The notes under the pieces: model-generated
The model's input: only the letters and a program-made list of their open reading frames with translations
What the model was told of the DNA's origin: nothing
Databases searched by the model: none
In this document: piece after piece, positions 58,301 through 64,000 of the stretch
Layout: each line of letters begins with the position of its first letter
How positions within the stretch are numbered: the first letter of the stretch is position 1
Assembly: GCA_963662465.1 (NCBI GenBank)
Contig: OY759599.1
Location: 5,056,001-5,120,000 of the forward strand
Direction: 5' to 3'
Origin: Desulfatiglandales bacterium
GTDB lineage: Bacteria > Desulfobacterota > DSM-4660 > Desulfatiglandales > Desulfatiglandaceae
DNA length: 64,000 nucleotides
Program-made: the position numbers and the translations under genes

Positions 58301-58586
58301 GAATTTAGCATTCGATTTCTATTCGGAAAAGCCCCTTAAGCCGGGTGAGAAGCGGAGCGCGACGCTGAAAGCGGGCGGCGTGAAATACGGCATTTTTTTC
58401 GGGAGATCTCAAGATCGTAGCACATATGGCATCACCTATCCGTCTGAAAGCGCCGTCGTCCGGGGTATGAGAGGGATGCTGGAAAAAGCGCCTGAACCGG
58501 GCGGGATCGCTTTTAAACTCCGGGTGTCGGGAAAGAATGAACTGGTGCTGGAATTGCCCTCTGAAAGGCCTGAGATCAACGGATGA
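55377..58586 (+). CDS. Second PLD nuclease - SF2 helicase with a different C-terminal domain
   Basis: FHPKAW...GSSNFT...EWN; ATGVGKT, DEFHH, TATPER, QQLGRGLR; KSYKMVVL. Confidence 0.85.
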   Translation: MDHGSGKVKCKQGSLPLSTEFEHEATEAPLRDQIALKIRQNAHRLCNALKQENPEAVLNHSAETVQAILAGLRMSKVDAEQLFARLASEDRFPDGLDLNFQNESAKATDLCFPSLLFAPYQAGETVDLIRNEIAISRNVWIASAFYSPGVINLFINSFARFIDNGGQLKVLTSTMGNVNQPGYLLHLRDTVPGMQVRAWHPPGIPFAKAPPPFHPKAWLFQYPSGKGALLIGSSNFTRGGFLKNVEWNYFSANEVNVRFGDQSPFEAALCEFERCWEKESVEISDEFIAAYEERWQAWDNGKKDFFDPPAGNWGMPRVETLSFEQPPPAEKPVENRISPNPAQREALSNLSRMRNQGMDKAAVVAATGVGKTHLAAFDYRQSESKSLLFIAHRENILQKARKTFGDVMGVDNFGAMVGAGQNASAADGAVFAMIQTLSRSENLERFSPERFEYLVVDEFHHGMAPTYLKAINYFKPRFMLCLTATPERMDGRDVLRLCDYNVAYELRLLDAVDRGWLSPFQYFAVHDKTDYDRITWRGTHYDDEELTKALSNDTRNAIVAANLKKYLPAGGKIKALAFCSSVAHARYTAERLTLDHGIKALALSGVDSDEERTLALTRLEDEADSLRVICSVDIFNEGLDIPGLSHVLLLRPTQSFTVFLQQLGRGLRKAPGKDYLVVIDFVGNFRKAHVAPLALSGYTSIQEFAADGVTSFKAGNPIINLPRGCYLDPDLEAERIWDREIRAILKGKIPLETRLKALYSEIRADLDGASPLLTDFLDNAHNVDPYVFIRHFGNWLRTKLACEEQLDQREIRLLDTPGEAFLKHLESELSPVKSYKMVVLTCLLKMGGNSWRVVDIAKGFLNYYLAHRERLFDYEELAAFPDPVDFPLSKAKSKLLQMPLKYLSNTEKDWFILDRELGIFELKPELSPFWNDHFFRGLVKDRVQFGLVRYFSRKGRVMDIFFDDELLKSGFPVERNLAFDFYSEKPLKPGEKRSATLKAGGVKYGIFFGRSQDRSTYGITYPSESAVVRGMRGMLEKAPEPGGIAFKLRVSGKNELVLELPSERPEING

Positions 58587-58667
58587 GGTTCGCATTCAAA
58601 GATGCCGGGAACGCCCTTAACCGGCTTGAGGGTTGAAGGTGAGATGGGAAAAGCAGCATGAATGAAG

Positions 58668-58715
58668 GGCGCGGAGCGCCCGCCGGTGCGTTCCCACGCA
58701 GAGCATGGGAACGAG
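58668..58715 (-). repeat. REP-like hairpin pair (GTTCCCA...TGGGAAC family), inverted relative to copies B-D
   Basis: GGCGCGGAGCGCC + CGTTCCCACGCAGAGCATGGGAACG; related copies at ~62570-62615 and ~63411-63459. Confidence 0.75.
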
Positions 58716-58748
58716 GGGAACGCCGGATTCCCGAGGGATAGAAAAGCC

Positions 58749-59327
58749 ATGACGGACTACTATGAAGAGAATCACCGGAAGTACCACAAACAAACCTTCT
58801 CCATCGACCCCGCGTCTTTCCTGTCCCCCCTGGCCGCAGTACTCCGCCCGGGAAGCAAAATCCTGGATGTGGGCTGTGGCTCCGGGCGGGATATGCGGTG
58901 GCTGAAGGCGCGGGGGTTTCAGCCGACAGGGTTTGAGCGGTCCGAAGGGCTGGCGGCACTGGCAAGGGAACATTCCGGCTGCTCGGTGATGGAGGGGGAT
59001 TTTGAGGGTTACGATTTTTCGGGGATGGGGATGGACGCGATCGTCCTGGTGGGGGTGCTGGTCCATGTGCCACACGAACGTTTTGAGGACGTTTTATCCA
59101 ATATCCTGAGAGCATTAAACCCCTTGGGCCATGTGCTCCTCACCCTGAAGGAGGGGGACCGGGACGTTGAGGTTTTGGGGGACCGGGTTTTTTACCGGTG
59201 GCAGGATGGTGTTTTAAGGGGAACGTTTGCGGGGCTGGGGCTGGCAGTGAAGGATTTTTCCCGCCAGGTGTCGAAAATCCGGAAAACGGATGTGTGGCTG
59301 GGATATGTGTTGCAGCTGAGGGAGTGA
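58749..59327 (+). CDS. Class I SAM-dependent methyltransferase
   Basis: ILDVGCGSGRD. Confidence 0.88.
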   Translation: MTDYYEENHRKYHKQTFSIDPASFLSPLAAVLRPGSKILDVGCGSGRDMRWLKARGFQPTGFERSEGLAALAREHSGCSVMEGDFEGYDFSGMGMDAIVLVGVLVHVPHERFEDVLSNILRALNPLGHVLLTLKEGDRDVEVLGDRVFYRWQDGVLRGTFAGLGLAVKDFSRQVSKIRKTDVWLGYVLQLRE

Positions 59328-59352
59328 GGAGCGCGGGAGCACCCGGAATTTG

Positions 59353-59450
59353 CACGAACTTCAGGCCTTTGATGAAAAACTGCGCCACTTCGCCGACCAG
59401 CGGATCACCCTTGATCTGGATGACGGGGTGAAGGCGGTCACCGGGAAAGA
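59353..59450 (+). pseudogene. Relic resembling the BREX-1 PglX methyltransferase C-terminus
   Basis: Translates HELQAFDEKLRHFADQRITLDLDDGVK-AVTG. Confidence 0.6.
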
Positions 59451-59593
59451 ACCAAAACCGGACAGGTCGAAGCACAAGTAGAGGCACAAGTCGACCTGGA
59501 TATCCTATTAATCTGGCCGTCATTAACACTCAAGGCGCAGATCAAAAGGACAGATAGAACGAATGAAAAGATCATAGAAAGGAGAACGCTAAA

Positions 59594-59773
59594 ATGGAAA
59601 CATTAAGGGAAGAAGCGATAAATGTGATTTCCACATTACCTGACTCAGCAAGCATTGATGACATCATGTATCGACTGTATGTTATTGACAAGGTGAGGAA
59701 AGGCAGAGCAGCTATCGAGCTGGGAGACAGTATTTCCATTGAAGATTTAAAAGGGGAAATTGAATCATGGTAA
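59594..59773 (+). CDS. Putative antitoxin (59 aa, below ORF-track cut-off)
   Basis: METLREEAINVISTLPDSASIDDIMYRLYVIDKV...IESW*; GGAG upstream; overlaps toxin start. Confidence 0.8.
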   Translation: METLREEAINVISTLPDSASIDDIMYRLYVIDKVRKGRAAIELGDSISIEDLKGEIESW

Positions 59774-60075
59774 AATGGTCAGGCCCCGCGAAAAGGGACT
59801 TGAAGAAGATATACGACTACATTGCCGAAGACTCTAAATATTATGCGAGAAATGTTGTTCAGAATATTGTTGATAAGTCTGAATCTATTGAACAATTTCC
59901 CAGAGCCGGCCGGGTGGTGCCTGAGATAAATGACCCCAACGTCAGAGAAATATTCATCTACTCATATCGGCTGATTTATGAGATCAAGCCCAACAGCGTA
60001 GGGATTCTTGCGATTGTTCATGGAAAACGGGATTTTTCAAATTCGAATCTGAACACGTTTAAACGAGAGAGATAA
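59767..60075 (+). CDS. RelE/ParE-family toxin
   Basis: WSGPAKRDL..IYDYIA.DS...FPRAGRVVPE...YRLIY...IVHG. Confidence 0.88.
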   Translation: MVKWSGPAKRDLKKIYDYIAEDSKYYARNVVQNIVDKSESIEQFPRAGRVVPEINDPNVREIFIYSYRLIYEIKPNSVGILAIVHGKRDFSNSNLNTFKRER

Positions 60076-60122
60076 ACGACCCACAAATTAACATGTGGTT
60101 GGAATCTCTGTTCATTCGTGCA

Positions 60123-60189
60123 AATTCCGGGGACACCTTACTTATCTTTTTTCCCGGGACCCATAATTAAGTATGGTGTCCCCGGAATT
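60123..60189. repeat. 67-bp element with 22-bp inverted repeats
   Basis: AATTCCGGGGACACCTTACTTA / TAAGTATGGTGTCCCCGGAATT (1 mismatch); a lone matching end at ~63364-63382. Confidence 0.8.
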
Positions 60190-60525
60190 CGGCAAGCATG
60201 CAAAACCCTTTCTTGAATATCTTAAATCCTTCCCTGAATGGGGAGAAGCCATGGGATGATTGTCAAGGGTTGGATGGGGGATTCTGGATCGTCACTATCA
60301 AACGCAGTGCGGCAGCAACAATAGTGACACCTGAGATTCGCGGGTCCATTGAGGAATCCCAGGTGATGACGGGTGATGTTACGGGTGAAGTCAAGCTGTT
60401 TCTGAAGGTTCTTGAAAATGGCCCATTGACACGGGTTCAAGCGCAGGAAAAGCTTGGACTTAAGGGAAAGCCTTTATTTTCAACCATACGCGCGTTACAC
60501 GCGCACTTTTTTTGAAAGGAAACCG

Positions 60526-61567
60526 ATGATTATCAGTGCCAGCAGACGAACCGACATCCCCGCCTTTTACGCGGAATGGTTTATGAACCGCATTCGGGAG
60601 TGGTACTGTAACGTTCCCAACCCCTTTAATGCAAAACAGGTGTCACGCATATCTCTAAACCCCCGGGACGTGGATGTAATTGTTTTCTTGACACGGTATG
60701 CAGGACCCATTCTGCCGCACCTGCGGGAACTGGATGCACGGGGATTTCGATACTAAGTACCCGGACAAAAGTTTTCCGGTGTTCAAAAATCTTTAAGACT
60801 ATAAAATCCTTTAAGATTTAAGAAGGTTCATATCATAAAATATGTATCCGGGTACTTATTTCTTTTATACACTCATGAATAACCCCCGAGAACTGGATCC
60901 AAAATCACCGAATCATGAAAAAAACATAGAGACCTTCCATGCACTGAGTGATCAAATCGGCAGGGAAAAAGTCATCTGGCGGTATGACCCAATTGTTTTC
61001 AGCTCAATCACAAATGCGGATTTCCACGGGTCTGCTTTCCAGCGCCTGGCTAAAGCATTGCGGGGCCACACCCAAAGGTGCATCATCAGCGTTGTGGACA
61101 TGTATCGTAAAGCGTCTCGACGGCTTCGTAACCTTGAAAAAGGCGGAATTCACATCCATGAACCGCGGGCTGAAGAATTCGATTGGCTCATGAAAACCAT
61201 GAACGCGGCAGCCGAAGAAAACAAAATGGCGATTCAAAGCTGTGCCGAGGAGCAGGGTTTTTGTTCCGGGAAAATTCCGCCCGGAAAATGCATTGATGAC
61301 AAGCTCATTCAGAATGTTTTCGGGCTGGATACGACCCACCGGAAGGACCCTTCCCAGCGCCCGGACTGTGGCTGCGTGGCCAGTCGTGATATCGGCATGT
61401 ACGATACCTGCCGGTTCGGCTGCGTGTACTGCTACGCCACCGCCAGCTTCGAAAGAGCCCGGGAACGGTACGCGGAACATGACCCCATCTCCCCTTCACT
61501 CACGGGTCGCTATGAGGCCACCGTTTCCAAAAAGAAAAAAACCAGCCAACGCAGTCTTTTCGAATAG
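60526..61567 (+). pseudogene. DUF1848-family gene interrupted by a MITE
   Basis: MIISASRRTDIPAFY...; IWRYDPI, CID, CGC..S.DIG.YDTC.FGCVYCYA; removing the insert restores one frame. Confidence 0.88.
60756..60856. mobile_element. 101-bp MITE flanked by a duplicated TA
   Basis: TA|AGTACCCGGA ... TCCGGGTACT|TA. Confidence 0.85.
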
Positions 61568-61578
61568 GGTCCAAGTAA

Positions 61579-62490
61579 ATGCCGAGAGAAATAACAGCGG
61601 CGTCTCCGGAAGTTCTTGAAACGCTGAAAACTATTATTGCCCCCGGTCGACGGGTTCGTATCAGTCCATTTGTAGAAGCCGCGTAGTTCCAGGTTCTTTT
61701 CGGCAGGCAGCCGGATATTCAGTTTCGGCAGAAAAGCGCCCGGCGGATTCTGGCGGAAGAGGCTGAAAAAATTGTAAGTCTGTGGGGGGTTGAAATTGTA
61801 CCCCGGAAAAACAAGGCTGTAGCGTTACTGGACCCCCTTCAGGATTTCGAGATTAAACGGGTGGCCCTGATTTCTTACGGAACCTGAAAGCGGACGGATT
61901 TCTCAAGGACTGCAGCAAAAAAACACATCAGGCCTTGAATGAAATCGTCTGCAGGCTGTTCGGGTTTCCAAAACTGCACGCTTTTCAACACAAAATTCTT
62001 GAACGGGTGTTGACCGGCGGGAGCGTCCTCGGCATCGCGGCAACCGGGGGAGAAAAAAGTGAATGCTATATTCTGCCGGCCATGCCGCTGACGGGGCTCA
62101 CGGTTGTGGTATCTCCGCTTAAGTTCCTCATGCAGGACCAGTACAGGCAGCGGATGTTATCCTTTATTACAGCCCGGACAGCCCGGAGCAAACGAATCCA
62201 TGGGGTAAAACGATCAGAATCTCGTCCGATTTTGAAATACAGGACTATTTTCTCCGCGAAAAGTATGTTCGCGGGGAAGATATCGTGGCCATTCGGCAAT
62301 TCATATTAGACCAACGGACGAAGGCTACGCCGGTGAAGTGGTTAATGCCGTAACAACCAGGCAAGTCGTGGAACCGTCTGTTCATCTTCGCGAAGATGAC
62401 ATTCTTTTTTAAATATGTCGCCCGGCACGACCATATGGCGGCAGAAAGAATATCTTAGAAAGATACTCGGTCAGCTGAAGCTCAAGGAGG
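61579..62490 (+). pseudogene. Degraded RecQ-like helicase fragment
   Basis: FGF..L..FQ..I...VL.G..VLGIAATGGEKSECY.LPA....GLTVVVSPL..LMQDQ (61935-62150); stops and frame breaks around it; boundaries approximate. Confidence 0.55.
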
Positions 62491-62699
62491 CCGATTATTC
62501 CCGCCAGGTGTCGAAAATCCGGGAAACGGATGTGTGGCTGGGATATGTGTTGACGCTGCGGGAGTGAGGGACGCGGAAGCGCCCGCTGAACGTTGCCACG
62601 CGGCGCATGGGAACAAGGGAATCTGGATTTTCAATAGCTGGAACCAGGAGAACCCAAATAACGACAACAAGGATGACCCCGTAGCTATGGAGTATTCAC

Positions 62700-63167
62700 A
62701 TGAAAAAGGAAATTCTTATCAGGATGTTGGAAGCTGCCGATGATCCAGAAAATTGTGAGCATCCTCGAGACTTTGATCGGTATGCGGCAATAGAGAGAGT
62801 GATAGACCTTCAATCCGATTTAGAAAAAATTGTCGGTTGGCCTTTCGAGCTTGAAGACAGAATTTTTGACGTATCATATTTCGCTGAATTAGATATAAAG
62901 GAACCAGCCCCTACCAAGGTATTGGATTTAGGTGAAGTTACATTCAGGATCGTACGTTTGCGGTTTTCATGCTTTGGAAATTTTTTCACCATTTTAGAGG
63001 AATCATTGACAGGAAAACTAACCCAATCAGTAATTAAAGGCCTTATCGCAGCTGCTGAAAACCATGGCTTTGTTTATGTAGATGAAGAAATTCTTTTAGA
63101 AGAACCCTATACCGGATGCAATAAAGAGTTTTACTCATGGTGGGAACGTTATTTTGACTTGGTATAA
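62700..63167 (+). CDS. Hypothetical protein, AT-rich
   Basis: 155-aa ORF with GGAG upstream; no recognised motif. Confidence 0.65.
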   Translation: MKKEILIRMLEAADDPENCEHPRDFDRYAAIERVIDLQSDLEKIVGWPFELEDRIFDVSYFAELDIKEPAPTKVLDLGEVTFRIVRLRFSCFGNFFTILEESLTGKLTQSVIKGLIAAAENHGFVYVDEEILLEEPYTGCNKEFYSWWERYFDLV

Positions 63168-63489
63168 CGCCGAAAGATCGTTACCTGACGAAATAATGAG
63201 TGGGAGTTGTAAGAGAAAAGTGAAATCGGTGCGCCATTGAACTTCTGGATTCACCGTCATTGGTGGTGATGATGACCTTGTTATCATCTGATGCTCCTCC
63301 TAATACGGTAACGGTTTCCGCCGATGCACACCGGCGTAATGACGAAAATAATCGCAACCAAATTATGGTGTCCCCGGAATTCCCCAGTTGAAGGTAAGAT
63401 GGAAATGAAAGACGCGGGAGCGCCCGCTGGTGCGTTCCCACGCAGAGCATGGGAACGAGGGGAAGCTGGATTTTCAATAGCTGGAACTG

Positions 63490-63603
63490 TGAGACTACAG
63501 CCGCCACACGTTCTTCCGGAGGTTTGCTAAGCCAATACGCCAGGTCTCTTTTAGGAGATGAAGCGTCCCGCAGTCTTCTTTTTGTAATAACCCGTTTAAT
63601 CAT
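63490..63603 (-). pseudogene. Short gene fragment truncated at a repeat
   Basis: MIKRVITKRRL...DLAYWLSKPPEERVAAV then reads into the REP-like repeat. Confidence 0.4.
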
Positions 63604-63874
63604 CTTTTTGTATTCCTTAATCTTACCTATGTGTCATGAAAAATTCCATCTATTGAGATATTAAGGTGCTGAAAATGGAATGCCGACACAGTTAGGATGA
63701 TATTCTAAACCAATGGAAAGTCAAGGGAAATAGGTCTTAAACCATGAGATTAAGAACGACCAGATATCATTGCGTTATCTTCTCGCGTTTTCGATTGACC
63801 GGTTGGCGCTACAACCTCATGCGGTTGACACGCCATGCCGGATTATCTTATAAAACCAAGAAAGAGGAGTGTTT

Positions 63875-64000
63875 ATGAAAATTCAGGGGGATAATTCAGA
63901 AACCGCCGCCTTTAAAGAGAGCGTCAAGTTTCGGTTTGAGGATTGGGGATGGGTTGTCATCAACATCGGCATGGGCGTCGGTGCGGGCATCGCCATGCTG
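63875..64000 (+). CDS. HAAAP-family (SdaC/TdcC/YhaO-like) amino acid permease, runs off window
   Basis: GAGGAG RBS; MKIQG...DWGWVVINIGMGVGAGIAML resembles HAAAP TM1. Confidence 0.6.
   Translation, partial: MKIQGDNSETAAFKESVKFRFEDWGWVVINIGMGVGAGIAML

Noticed and set aside
60198..60515. 105-aa ORF as an intact gene
   Set aside because: Looks like a leftover HTH-type C-terminal fragment (VTGEV..L..L...PL......LGLK) next to an inverted-repeat element; not supportable as a full CDS

Overview
Genomic window from a strictly anaerobic, aromatic-degrading Desulfobacterota-like bacterium (inferred from gene content). The left ~29 kb is metabolic. It holds a sigma54 regulatory unit (PAS/GAF kinase, NtrC-type regulator, archaemetzincin, lipoyl-lysine-less GcvH-like protein), a NuoEF/NfnB-like (Bfu/Stn-type) oxidoreductase, an hdrCBA-mvhD-metVF cluster, and a class II benzoyl-CoA reductase operon bamBCDEF. 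After these come a GNAT, two Cys-loop-less FdhD paralogues and a YhaM/CyuA-like desulfidase. Three genes are split in the ORF track by in-frame TGA codons that read as selenocysteine (mvhD, bamE, bamF). From ~28.9 to ~63.8 kb lies an accessory/defence region. It contains two copies of a Y1/HUH (RAYT-like) transposase element bounded by perfect 22-bp inverted repeats, two different MITEs, composite REP-like repeats in front of successive genes, and a 10x IPT/TIG lipoprotein. Its defence-type genes are a NUDIX + PLD-helicase-DUF3427 (SauUSI-like) pair, a HEPN-SNF2 helicase + GHKL(sacsin-like)-HNH gene pair (best candidate for an undescribed defence system), a second PLD-helicase and a RelE/ParE TA pair. 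It also carries many relics (RNA ligase, DinD, DGQHR, PglX, RecQ). No rRNA, tRNA or CRISPR array was seen. All family assignments are from motif recognition by eye, not database searches.
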